DNA of 64,000 bases, from positions 45,136,001 to 45,200,000 of the forward strand of contig NC_043010.1 in NCBI RefSeq assembly GCF_006345805.1, in the 5' to 3' direction. Of this stretch, positions 13,071 through 24,949 are shown piece by piece. How positions within the stretch are numbered: the first letter of the stretch is position 1; every line of letters starts with the position of its first letter. The notes beneath the pieces were generated by a model. The model was not told where the DNA came from. It saw only the letters and a program-made list of their open reading frames with translations, and did not search any database. This DNA is from Octopus sinensis (lineage: Eukaryota). The translations under genes and the position numbers were made by a program.

Positions 13071-13563
13071 TTGAACAAGGGTTTTCTGGATCTGTATGTT
13101 TTTTTTTAATTATTATCTAATTTATTTTTAGATTTCAATAAATTTAAATATTACATTGCCTTTTTCTATTGCATTTCCTATCTAGAGGTGAGTTTCATGA
13201 AATTGAGTTGTATAGTTTACCTGAAAAAACAGACAGTGCACTGGCTTTATAGGTTTGAAGAGCAGTTGAAGTCAACCCTTTTTGATGTTACACAGTAAGT
13301 TCTGAAGATATATCCCAGCTAAGAATTCTGACAAATAATACAACTTGGCAGTTTTCATTCTTTTTTAATATATATATTCGTTTATAAATTTACTTAATGT
13401 TTTCTTTCGAAAGGCACTGAAGCAGATAGCAGAACTGAAGAATAGGTCAAAGTTTAAAAAAGTACTCTCTTGTTGGGTTGAAAGTGATATACTAAATATA
13501 AAGAAATACGAAATTATTTTCTGTCACTTTATTGTTAAGTGGGTTCCTCCCACTGGTGTGATA

Positions 13564-15620
13564 TGTGACTGCCGTTGTACTGTAGTTGCTGTTTTACGCT
13601 AGTAGTCACAATAGTTACTAGTCATCGGATACCGCCGTGTCTCTTCGTACCGGAATAGTAATTCACTAATTTCTTCTGTCTTACGCTTACAAGGCAGCGA
13701 CTAGAACTGTCGACTCTCAACTCATCGACTCTCGACCCTTTCTTGACGACCGGCTACTGATTAATTTATAATGGCTCTCCTACCACTTTTTACCGGGAGG
13801 GGTATACAGTTTCACCATACAACGTCTCCCATTTTAATCATTTTATTTAACAATCAATTTCTTTTATTCATCCACCTCCTCCCTTTTAATATACTAAATA
13901 TCTTTTCTCCGTAGGTTCTACTTTTAGGCATTCAGTGTTCTTTCTTTTCCTTGTACGTGTGGTTTCGACTTCTTGTAACGGTGTTGGAACCTGATAAGTG
14001 TCATATAGCCAGTTACTTTTCTATGACTCTTTCCTTAAGCTGATTTCTGTCTCCCTTCCATTCCATTTCTGCTTCTTACACCGTATATCATTCTTCCTGT
14101 GTATGTTGCAATTTCTCCTTCTTCCCTGTATTGCTTGCCATTTTTGTACATTCTTACATATACCTTATCACCAATTCTGAAAAATGCTGGCATGTCTTTT
14201 CTAGCACGTATCTCTTCTTCACTAATAACAGTTTATCGAATACTGACTTCACCTTGCTGGAAAATATTAATTCTGCTGGTGAACTTCCTTCTGGCGCATC
14301 TGTATACTCTTAAGAATTGTTGGATTGCGATCCCATCTGTGGTTTTCATATTAAATTTCTTTAAAGCTCCTTTAAAAGTGTTCTCGAACCGTTCGGCCCT
14401 TCCATTCGATCTAGGGTGATACGATGTTATAGTTTCATGTTCTGACATAAACATCTCGCAGAATCTTTTAAACTCACAAGATGCAAACTGTGTTCCATTA
14501 TCAGAGACAAATATTGCAAACAGCTCGTGTAAGAGGTTTAATACCGTATATTAGGTTGCTCGTTTACACCTCTCGACCTCAGGACATTTTGTGTAGCAGT
14601 AATAATATCCCATTTACTGGGCCTACAAAATTGATATGAAATTGAGACCATGGTATTTTCACTTCCGGCAAAGGTTCACGTTTTGTTGTAGGTAGTTTCG
14701 CTGCCAGCGCACATCATCTACAACTTTTTACCAGGTTTTCAACTTCTTTGTCCATGCTTGACCAGTACACGAAACTTCACATCAGCGCTTTCATTCCAGA
14801 AATGCTTGTGTGTTCCACGTGGAACTCTTTTAGCAGTCTCTTCTGTAATGTCTGTGGTATGACCACTCTCTGAGCGTACATTAGTACACCATCACATATG
14901 GAGTACGCGCTCACATCTTGACGGTTCTTTGCATCAGACCTTTCTTTATTTCCTTTTGTTGACCACAGTTTTCCTTTTGTCTCATTAATAAATTTGTCAT
15001 TTCTCTCATTTCTTTTTATTTCTTCCAAAGTTACTGGTAGTTCACGCACGATGTTTCGCATCACTTTTTTTGCTTCCGCTTCCGCTCTTAGCGCTGCTAT
15101 TACGGTGTCCTCCAGCGGTTCGTTATTTCTCGGAATTAACCCAGACAGAAAATCTGCATGCCCCAACTTTTTTGAAAGTAGATATTCTATTCTATTCTAT
15201 AATCGTAGTTTAATAGAATGGTATCCCACTGCTGCAGTCTGTTTGCCGTATGTGTCGGAATTCCTTTCTTGGATCCGTATATCGTTATTAGAGGTCTGTA
15301 GTCCGTTTGCAACCAAAAACGTCTGCTATGAATGAACCTGTGAAACTTTTGCACGCCAAATATAATAGCTAACGCCTCTTTTTCAGTCTGGCTATATCAC
15401 TTTTCCGACGGCAATAATGTCCTTGATGTGTGAGCTATGGCCTTTCTGCATCGTTATCCTTGTGTAGGAGCACGGCTCCTATCCCATACTCGCTAGCATC
15501 TGTAGCTGGTATTATCTCTAACTTTGGGTCGAAATGCGTAAGATACAAGCCTGAGGTTAACACATATCTTAACTCGTTAAATGCGTTCTGGCATTTCTCT
15601 GTCCAAACCCATATGCCATT
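13564..15620 (-). mobile_element. Gypsy LTR retrotransposon, 3' half (RNase H and integrase) with 3' LTR at ~13564-13821
   Basis: Peptides DASEYGIGAV, LLKEFHVEHTSISGMKALM and YHPRSNGRAERFENTFK. A TG...CA-bounded segment follows a purine tract. Truncated at ~15620. Confidence 0.88.
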
Positions 15621-15624
15621 TATT

Positions 15625-16005
15625 CTTTTTTAGTAATTCATTACCCCTGCTCTATATCTGAGGAGTGAAACCACCCAGGTATTGACAGCTTCGATCTTAT
15701 TCCGTCCATTTAATTTCGACTTAAGGATCAATCTCAGTCTGCGTAAGTACTCCACCTTAAATTTTTCTGTAATTTCTTTCTCCATCAATTTATCCATTTC
15801 CAGTATCCCCAAGTACTTATAGCCCGTCTCTTCTATTTGTTTCATAACTTTCCCCGACAGTATCATTAGCCTGTCCATACATTTGATTTTGCCTCTCTTC
15901 AAGACTAACACACCACACTTTCTCAGTCCGAAGGTATACACCGCATCAACAAGGGAACTGACTTGGCTTCATCTTTATCACAAAGTTTGAGGTCATCAAT
16001 GAATA
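15625..16005 (-). mobile_element. R4/Dong-like LINE RT fragment
   Basis: FGLRKC...GYKYLGILE...EYLRRLRLILKSKLNGRNKIEAVNTW; the preceding sequence reads NLLFIDDLKL. Confidence 0.85.
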
Positions 16006-16009
16006 ACAA

Positions 16010-16028
16010 ATTATTATTATTATCATTA

Positions 16029-16069
<41 letters not shown>

Positions 16070-16450
16070 TTACTTGCCCCCAAGGCGAAGGGTGAGGGGG
16101 ACAATACAAAGATAGACATAAAGTTTGGGGGTTTACATATAATGGAACGATAAAATAAAAAGTATACACAGAATACATTAGATGAAGGGAAGTATACATA
16201 GTATATGACATAAAAAAGTGATCCTGATGGAATCTCCGTCATACAGGAGGACCTCTAGGGATAATCAAAGGACATCACCATCTAAGAGTACCCTGTGTAC
16301 CAAGAACGAGAGCCCACTCCAACTCTTTTCTAACAACCCACTGGTCAACACTCGGAGTGCCACCATCCACTCATATCATTTTCGCAACTTTCGCCCACCT
16401 TTTCATAAATTCACTCGAGGACAACACTCACTTTCCTTTTCAAGTAGAAA
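16010..16450 (-). mobile_element. Tx1/L1-like LINE 3' end with (TAA)n tail
   Basis: The - strand reads ...LSSSEFMKRWAKVAKM and then runs into an (ATT)n tract at 16010-16070. Family assignment is by recall. Confidence 0.5.
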
Positions 16451-17457
16451 TTTGAAAAGTCGTGGCGTCGATTTGTTGGACTAAAGGTGGTGCTCCAGCA
16501 TGGCCGCACTCAAAATGACTGAAACCAGTAAAAGAATAAAGATAATGGTAAGTCTGAGACTGAATACGAGTGAATTGCCAATCACTTTCACGACCGGAGC
16601 TCCGGTAGACAATCGAGTCAGAATGTTAAAACTGGTGTACACTTTGTCACGGCAGGGCTTGCACGACTCTACGGGAAGTCGAAGACCCAAAAGAAGGAAG
16701 GAAACATTCAGACTGAACTTGAGAGATATAGCAGGAATTTCTAGCAAAGCGAGTAATCACATAGAGGCTCATCGTGCGTTAATGGGTGGAAGTTCACTAA
16801 TTAACTAAATAGTAAATGTGTAATATTATCAAGTCTAGATATCTTTTTAATATTTTGCTCCCAGTTATTAAAATAGTACTTCATATGAGAGAATTGAACA
16901 TATTAAACGGATAATGAAAATCGAAATCAGTATGATACAACTGATTCCTCTTAATCTTCAAGTCTCTGATACGTATTTCTCCATATTAGTAAAAATAGAT
17001 TCGCATGTTTCAATAACCAAAGTCAGAGGAGTAGAAACGTTCAGTTAACACCGGCTGTAAACATACGCACCACTGTCTTTAAAAGACACATTAGATAATA
17101 TGATCCTGAATATCTGTAAAATGATAAGGCTGACTGAATGTCTGTAAAACGACAAGGTGATCATGGCTAGACAAGGTAGACATGATACTGATCATAGGTC
17201 TGCTCACCAGAGTTTAGTTTGATTTCGTTAATAACAATGAGAAACACCGTTATGAAACGGAAATCATACGTTAAAAAGACTTCCGGTTTCCATGCAGGGG
17301 ACACAATTAGGTAGCAAGAAATTTTTCGCTTTATTTAGAACACGTTGGACTGAAATAAATCACCGATATTATGGTAAATATATATATAGATTCTTTGTAT
17401 AAGTTTATACTTACTAGTTTTGTAATATATACCAAAATGTTTTTCATTCATTTCTAG

Positions 17458-17596
17458 GTTAGCTTTTAAGAAAACTAGTTGTAAATGTATACATAATTCA
17501 TACATTACTTATCAGATCAACATGGAACCTTATGCACGATCGCTTACCCTGCTAGAAATATATCCAAATGCCTATTTTACTGTTCTACAGTTATCA
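17458..17596 (+). CDS. candidate exon E of the kinesin-motor-like gene
   Basis: Strong acceptor ttcattcatttctag|. (R)LAFKKTSCKCIHNSYITYQINMEPYARSLTLLEIYPNAYFTVLQLS, phase 2 to 0. The donor |gtgttt is weak. Confidence 0.5.
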
Positions 17597-17627
17597 GTGT
17601 TTTTGTTTATGAACGAATGCTGTTGGT

Positions 17628-17660
<33 letters not shown>

Positions 17661-17688
17661 CGCCATATATTATATATATACCACCCAG

Positions 17689-17844
17689 TGCCAGCTTGAA
17701 GTAGATGCTATGAGTGCTCTGCATCGAGGCCCAGAAGTTAGGCAACAACTTTATAAAATAGGTACTAAGCTGCGATTACTGTTAACTTCTATGGAAGACG
17801 TGTCTAATGCTTTCCCTAAACTATTGAAGATCCTTTGTATCTAG
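17689..17844 (+). CDS. candidate terminal exon F of the kinesin-motor-like gene
   Basis: cacccag| then CQLEVDAMSALHRGPEVRQQLYKIGTKLRLLLTSMEDVSNAFPKLLKILCI*. AATAAA at 18038-18043. Confidence 0.45.
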   Translation, partial: CQLEVDAMSALHRGPEVRQQLYKIGTKLRLLLTSMEDVSNAFPKLLKILCI

Positions 17845-18137
17845 TCAATATTAGGAAAACCATACTACTATAGTAGAGCCTGCAGTCTGGGCCAGTCATT
17901 TTTGGGTACAATTCATAAACATGTATGGTTTTAATTCGAATCCGTGTGATTAATGGCCTAGTATTTTAATTTCATTCATTGTTCTTGTGACGCCTAATTT
18001 TTTTTTTTATTAATATGGAAATGGGAAATATATCCAAAATAAATGAAGTATGCTAAAAATTAGAAAGATTCATCTATTTTTAAATATTTTATACAAAAAC
18101 TTAAACGGAAAACGAGCACTCGCAAATATAAACAAAC

Positions 18138-18159
18138 ATGTCTGACGATACAGGATGGG
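18138..18159 (+). CDS. PBDC1: candidate first coding exon of PBDC1 (MSDDTGW+1 nt)
   Basis: aaacaaacATG context and |gtaatt donor. It ends in phase 1, so it cannot join the 22958 exon directly. Confidence 0.4.
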
Positions 18160-18488
18160 GTAATTTACTTTTGCCAGTCAGATATTATTAATGATACGAG
18201 GGGCCCGACAATATCGTTTGCAAATTATTGATTGTTTTTGATCAAATTTTTTACTGCGCACACTGATTAGGGTTACAGAGGTGCGTTTCTAAAGAAGCGC
18301 CGTAATTTACAATGTATAAGCAAGTAGTTAGTGCGCAGTTTCAAAAGTGCTTAGAACGAACCGTTAACTGTACAATGTAAGCTTGGAGCATTTTGCAAAA
18401 TACTGGTATACTTTGCTCATAAATTTTTATTCGTCATTGAAAATAGTTATAATTACATTTTATTATAATTTATATATACATATGTGTG

Positions 18489-20930
18489 TGTCATCATCAT
18501 CATCGTTTAACGTCCGTTTTCCATGCTAGCATGGGTTGGACGGTTCGACTGGGGTCTGGAAAGCCAGGAAGCAGCACCAGGTACCAGTCTGATCTGGCAA
18601 TGTTTCTACAGATGGATGCCCTTCCTAACGCCAACCACTCCAAGAGTAGTGGGTGCTTTTTACATGCTACTGGCACAGGATCCAGAGGGGGCTGGCATCG
18701 ACCAGGATCGGATAGTACTTTTTATGTGCCACCGGCACGGGAGCCAGTCAAGGCAGTGTTGGCATTGGCTACGTTTGGATAGTGCTTTTTACGTGTTGCC
18801 AACAGAGAAGCTAGTTGGGGCGAGGGGGTTGACATTGACCACGTTTGGATGGTGCTTTTTACATGCCACTGGTACAGAGACCACATCTACAATTTCCATT
18901 TGATTTCATTTTGATAACAAGCTGACCTCCGTGGTGGTGGCACGTAAAAAACACCATTCGAGCACAATCGTTATCTGTGTTGCCTTACTGGCACTTGTGC
19001 TTGTGGCACATGAAAAAACATTCAAGCGAGGTCATTGCCAGTGCCGCTTGACTAGCTCTTATGCAGGTGGCACATAAAAAGTACCATTTGAGTGTGACCA
19101 TTGCCAGTACTACCTGACTGGCTCTCGTGCTGGTGGCACGTAAAAAGCACCCACTACACTCTCGGAATGGTTGGCGTTAGGAAGGGCATCCAGCTGTAGA
19201 AATTCTGCCAAATCAGATTGGAGTCTGGCGCAGCCATCTGGTTCGCCAGACCTCTGTCAAATCGTCCAACCTATGCTAGCATGGAAAGCGGATGTTAAAC
19301 GATGGTGATGATGATGATGTTGATATACTTGATTCAATAGGTCTCCTCAAGCACAGTATGTTGCCCTATGATTCACCGGTACTTTTTGAGTTGGCCGGTT
19401 ATGCGAGATTGGTGTAGGTTATTTGCTGGGTCTTCTCAGTCACAGCATATTTTCAGAAGTCTCTGTCCTTTGTCATTTCCTCTGTTCGCAGGTCATGCTT
19501 CACCACCTTATCCCATGGCTTCCTGGTTCTACCTCAAACCCAGATTCCTTCCACTGTTTGGGAGTGGCACTTCTTCACACAACTCTCCTCATCCATCCAT
19601 AGTACATGACCATATCAATGCAGACATCTCTCTTGCATGCCACACCTAATGCTTCTTATGTCCAATATTTCTCTGAGGACGCTTACACTCTGTTGTGTGT
19701 GCACACTGACATTACACATCCAGTGGATCATGCTAGCTTCGTTTCTTTTGAGCTTATGCATGTCTTCAGCAGTCATGGCCCATGTTTCATTGCCATTAAG
19801 CATGGCAGTTCACACACATGCATCGTACAATCTGCCTTTCACTCTGAGCGAGTGGCCCTTTGTCACGAGTAGGGGTAGAAGCTGTCTGAACTTTGCCTGA
19901 ACAATTCTTATTCTAGTGGTAATGCTCTCTGAGTATCCACCCCCACTACTGACTTGGTCCCCTAGATAGTGGAAACTATCAACTACTTCTAGTTTCTTCC
20001 CCTGGCATGTGATGGAATCTATTTTCTGAGCACCTGTGGTATTTATTGCCCCTGTGCATCTGCCGCACACAAAAGCTATCTTCCTGGTTAATCTTCCTTT
20101 GATGTTGCTGCACCTCTTATGCGTCCATAGCTTACACTGGGTACATCTTATGGAGTTTCTACCTACACCTTTTCTACAGATCGAGCAGGGTGACCTACTT
20201 GAAGGGGTGTGTGATGTGTTCACCTTCCTACTTACTAGAACTTTGGTCTTTGTGACATTGACTCTAAGGCCCTTCAACTCTAAACCTTTCTTCCACACAT
20301 GGAATTTCTTCTCTAGTTCTGGTAGTGATTTTACTATGAAGGCCAGGTCATCAGCATAGAAGTGCTCCCAGGGGCAACCTGTATGGAATTCCTCTGTTAT
20401 TGCCTGGAGGACTATGATGAACAAGAGGAAGCTAAGGGCTGATCCTTGGTGGACCCCTACATCTACCCGAAATTCTTCACTGTACTCATTGCCAACCCTA
20501 AGCTTACTAACGGCATCTCTGTATAGGACCTGTGCAGCCCTTATTAATCATTCGTCAATCCCCAGCTTCCACATCACCCACCAGATAAGGGATCAGGGTA
20601 TGCTGTCAAAGGCTTTCTCTAAGTCCACAAAAGCCAAGTATAGGGGTTTATCTTTGGCTAGGTATTTCTCCTGCAGTTGCCGTACCAGGAATATAGCATC
20701 AGTGGTACTTCTGTCTGGCACAAAACCAAACTGCATCTCATCTAAGCAGACTCTCTCCCTAATTAGTTGGACTATAATGCTCTCTGTGACCATCATCACC
20801 TGATCCAGCAGGTTGATACCCCTGTAGTTATTTCTATCTAAAATATCATCTTTACCCTTGTAGCAGTTGACTATGGTGTTGCTACGCCAGTCATTGGGCA
20901 TGACTCCAGACTCCTGAACATTTCAGCGAT
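18489..20930 (-). mobile_element. 5'-truncated RTE LINE (RT, C-terminus, 3' UTR and (GAT)n tail)
   Basis: NNYRGINLL, MQFGF, FVDLEKAFD, FYADDL, FHYLG and NETWAM. The catcatcat tail is at ~18489. Confidence 0.92.
18920..19318 (+). mobile_element. RTE 3'-end fragment nested in opposite orientation inside the preceding RTE
   Basis: Ends gcatggaaagcggatgttaaacgatggtgatgatgatgat, the reverse complement of the 18489 terminus. Confidence 0.85.
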
Positions 20931-21606
20931 ATATAAGATTAAACCCTGTGAAGCTTGGATGTTAACATCCCTTTTAAGAGGTATCTATATCCTCAAAATA
21001 ACAGCTGGATGCCCTTCCTAACACTAGCGACTCCACAGAGTGGGCTGAGTACCTTTTATGTGGCACTCGCACAGGTGAGGTCAGTTTGGCATGGTTTTTG
21101 CAGCTGGATGCCCTTCCAAATACCAGGTACTTTACAGTTTGGACTGGGTTCTTTTAAGTGACACTTTCACTGGCAGGGTCACCAGGTAACTTTGCAAAGC
21201 AAGAAATCGTTGAGAAGGGAGTGAGCATTGGAGGAAGTGATCTTGTGTCGGATGATGAAAAGTTAGAGTGTGACAGAGAGACAGAAACACATGTCTTGCA
21301 GAGGAGGTATATGGTTACCCCAGTATAATAACCACATTTCATTCTACTGTTGACATAAGGCCTGAAATAAATTTTTGAGGAGGCAGGTAATTAATTATAT
21401 TGACCCCAGTTCTAGCATAGCCTAGTAGTTATCATTTTTGCTTTGCAGCCAAGTAGTTCCAAGTTTGTTCTCACTGTGTGGCATCTTGGGCAAATGTCTA
21501 CTACCATAACTTCAGGTTAGCCATTGGCTTGTGAGTAGAATTTGGTAGGCAGAAGGTGCTCTGTGTTAGTGTATGTAAATATATATATACACACATACAC
21601 ACACAC

Positions 21607-21683
<77 letters not shown>

Positions 21684-22078
21684 CTCTTTTACTTGTTTCA
21701 GTCATTTGACTGCGGCCATGCTGGAGCACCGCCTTTTAGTCAAGTAAATCAACCCCAGGACTTATTCTTTGTAAGCCTAGTACTTATTCTATCAGTCTCT
21801 TTTGCTGAACTGCTAAGTTACAGGGACGTAAACACACCACCATTGGTTGTCAAGCAATGGTGGGGGGGGGGACAAACACAGACACACAAACTTATACACA
21901 CACACACATATATATATACATATATAGGACGGGCTTCTTCCTGTTTCCGTCTACCAGATCCACTCACAAGGCTTTGGTCGGCCCGAGGTTATAGTAGAAG
22001 ACACTTGCCCAAGGTGCCACGCAGTGGGAATGAACTCGGAATCATGTGGTTGGTAAGCAAACTACATACCACACAGCC
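21684..22078 (-). mobile_element. tRNA-derived SINE (family 1)
   Basis: The reverse complement has a tggctgtgtgg A box, a B-box-like segment, the gccgaccaaagccttgtgagtggat core and the ggcggtgctccagcatggccgcag tail. Confidence 0.9.
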
Positions 22079-22086
22079 ATATATAT

Positions 22087-22128
<42 letters not shown>

Positions 22129-22224
22129 AAGGAATACAAAAAAATGGGACAAGAACGCAAAACATTCAGACAGATGATACAAAAAGGGTCACCAAAACAT
22201 CCAGACAGATGATAGGCACATGTG

Positions 22225-22390
22225 TAGGTGTGTAGTAAGAGGTTTGCTTCCCAACCACATGATTCTGGGTTCATTTCCACTGCATGATGCCTTGGACAAG
22301 TGTCTTCTACTATAACCTCAGATCAGCCAAAGGCTTGTGGTTGGATTTGTTAGATGGTAGACAAGCTGAAAAGAAGGACGTTGTGTGTAT

Positions 22391-22448
<58 letters not shown>

Positions 22449-22680
22449 CACACACACACACACATACCCATATACATACATCATATATGTGTGTGTGTGT
22501 GTCTGTCCTCCACTTCCACTTGATGACCAGTGTTGCTGAATTTATGTCTCTGAAACTTAGTGGTTCAGCAAAAGTACAAGGCTTTAAGAGAAAAACTAAG
22601 AACTGGGATTTATTTGTTCAACTAAAATCTTTCAAGTGGTGCCTCATTATGGCCACACTAATGATCGAAACAAGTAAGCA
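22225..22680 (+). mobile_element. tRNA-derived SINE (family 1), diverged
   Basis: Same head, core and tail motifs, with an internal (TA)n expansion. Confidence 0.85.
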
Positions 22681-22957
22681 ATTATATATATATTAATATA
22701 GAATTTACCATACAGTTAAGGTAGGATCAACAAAAATGTACTCCATCCAGTGAGAAATAAATATTATTTGATGTACATTGTATTAAAACAAGAGTGACTA
22801 ATCGTTTCTTGCCATTGAAACATGTGGTAGGTAGATTTTTATAACATGCTTTGTGTCTACTATGCAGATTTTAACATAATGTACATTAAATGTTATATAT
22901 ATCTATCTTTATGTGTGCGTGTGTATATATGAACCAATATATAAATTATTATTTCAG

Positions 22958-22996
22958 GCATATCCAGACGCTAGTGCTGATAATTACACCAATTCA
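22958..22996 (+). CDS. PBDC1: PBDC1 exon (AYPDASADNYTNS)
   Basis: tttcag| ... |gtaagt, 39 nt, phase 0-0. Resembles the LPAESYGND segment that precedes the conserved domain in PBDC1. Confidence 0.75.
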
Positions 22997-23228
22997 GTAA
23001 GTAATATTTATGTCTGTTTATTTACTAAATCTTCCTAATGTCAACTGAATAATTATAGAGATACTAAAATGATGTTGCCTGAGTTTGCAACCTTTCAAAT
23101 TGAGAGTAAGTTATGTGGTAAGTTTGGAGTTAAGTAATATATATATATGTATATATAGTAAGAAAAGGGGAGAAGGAGAATTTTGATTATTCCAAATGGT
23201 GAGTTGTAATGCAAAATATATATATATC

Positions 23229-23586
23229 TTGGGCAAGTGTCTTCTGCTATAGCCCCAGGCCGACCAAAGCCTTGTGAGGAGTGGATTTGGTAGACAGAAA
23301 CTGAAAGAAGCCTGTCGTATATATGTATATATATATATTTATATGTATGTATGTATGTGTGTGTGTTTGTGTGTCTGTGTTTGTCCCCCTAGCTTTGCTT
23401 GACAACCGATGCTGGTGTGTTTATGTCCCCGTCACTTAGCGGTTCGGCAAAAAAAGAGACCGATAGAATAAGTACTGGGCTTACAAAGAATAAGTCCCGG
23501 GGTCGATTTGCCCGACTAAAGGCGGTGCTCCAGCATGGCCACGATCAAATGACTGAAACAAGTAAGAGTAAGAGTAAAGAGTAGAG
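23229..23586 (+). mobile_element. tRNA-derived SINE (family 1), 5'-truncated
   Basis: Core and tail motifs, ending gaaacaagtaagagtaagag. Confidence 0.9.
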
Positions 23587-24094
23587 TATATATAAGGCAT
23601 GATGTGTGTGTGTACGTGAATGTAAATTATGCACATCCACAAATTAGCATGCATGTCGCTCCAATTTTAGGAGGACGTTCGTCACGACCCTAGCTGTATT
23701 TTCGTCAAATTATTTTCCCCCGAGGCACCATAACTTAACAATTTTCACAGCGGAGAAATCCACCATTGTTTATACAAACATGAGTTAAGTCCCCTTCTTA
23801 AGAGAGGGGAGAGAGAGAGAGAGAGATAACAGATTTTTCAAAATTTCATCTTTTTACTGAGTGATTGACAGGCAAAAACAGACAGACAGATGTTGTTATG
23901 TATGTATGGCTTCAGTCACACACACACACGAACATGTATGTGTACAAAACACATGTATGCAATGTGTGTGTTGCCTTTATATATATATATATACTTGACT
24001 GAAGATTCAAGGTTTCGAATGTCCCGTCCGTGTTTTTTGTATCGTCTTCTCAATGTTTCATGTTCTTTGTCCCAGTTTGTTTTTTTTTACATTT

Positions 24095-24137
<43 letters not shown>

Positions 24138-24826
24138 ATATAAATGATATTCTCCGTTTCTCCACAACTAATTTCCAAATTAGCTGAATCCGTTGCTCTA
24201 CTCATAGCAGTATATAGCTGGTTGTGCGTGAACATGGGAGAGAGTAGAGGTTACCAGGGCAAAAGACCTACGTGTTGACTATAGACACGTTCCTTCGCAA
24301 ACGATCTGCTATTATTTTGTAAACGATGTTTCGAAGCTGTTCATGTTTTCGAAAGGAGAGATCTGACTCTCATATCTCTGTGGGAGAAGGTAGCCCCCCT
24401 CTATTCTACTTACAAAACTTACGTCTGGGTGTTTACAAATTTGCATTTTGTAAATAATGTTTCGAAACTGTCCATGTTTTCAAAAGGAGATCTGACTCTT
24501 TTCAACCATAACGTCTACCAATTTTGATGTATTTTGTTCAAACTTGATGCCAGCATAACTTAGGACTCATGGGTACTTTGAATTCTTTAAGTTCTCCAAA
24601 AACGCAAAAAAAAAAAAACAATTGATGAGTGGAAAAAATCGATAAACCGATTCCTTATCGGATTTCCCAATCAAATCGTCTGCAGAATTTCAGCCAAAAG
24701 TTTACCAATTTCAGCGGATTTCACTCAAATTTGACGTCGATGTTACTTAGTTTCCTTTGAAATAAAGAGCTTGATTAGCTTAATAATCCTAACTTAATCC
24801 CGAGCAATGCCGGGCTATACAGCTAG
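23587..24826 (+). mobile_element. non-autonomous Helitron-like element with a PIF1 helicase C-terminal fragment in antisense
   Basis: 3' hairpin cccgagcaatgccggg (24799-24814), then CTAG (24823-24826) followed by T. The - strand reads FTHNQLYTAMSR...TENIIY at ~24147-24235. The 5' boundary is uncertain. Confidence 0.7.
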
Positions 24827-24949
24827 TATATATATATATATATATATGAAATAAAAGAAAGAACATGCACACAGTTTACATAGTTTTAATATATTTATGA
24901 AAGCAAGAGTATTGTGTTTGTCGGCTGGTTTTGCTTTCGCATAGAAATT

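Noticed and set aside
13132-13445. Alternative + strand exon candidates (13132-13187, GEFHEIELYSLPE at 13187, FEEQLKSTLFDVT at 13253-13294, ALKQIAELK at 13414)
   Set aside because: Their phases conflict or they hit stops, and the six-exon model is complete without them. They show that chance exons are easy to find here.
16865-16929. Spliceable open segment IKNSTSYERIEHIKRIMKSKS
   Set aside because: Phase 1 to 0 does not fit between exons D and E, and there is no recognisable homology.
18486-18903. Recurrent ORFs beginning MLAWVGRF or MGWTVRLGSGKP (also 24978, 26013, 29903, 30358)
   Set aside because: They are antisense readings of the repeated RTE 3' UTR, not a gene family.
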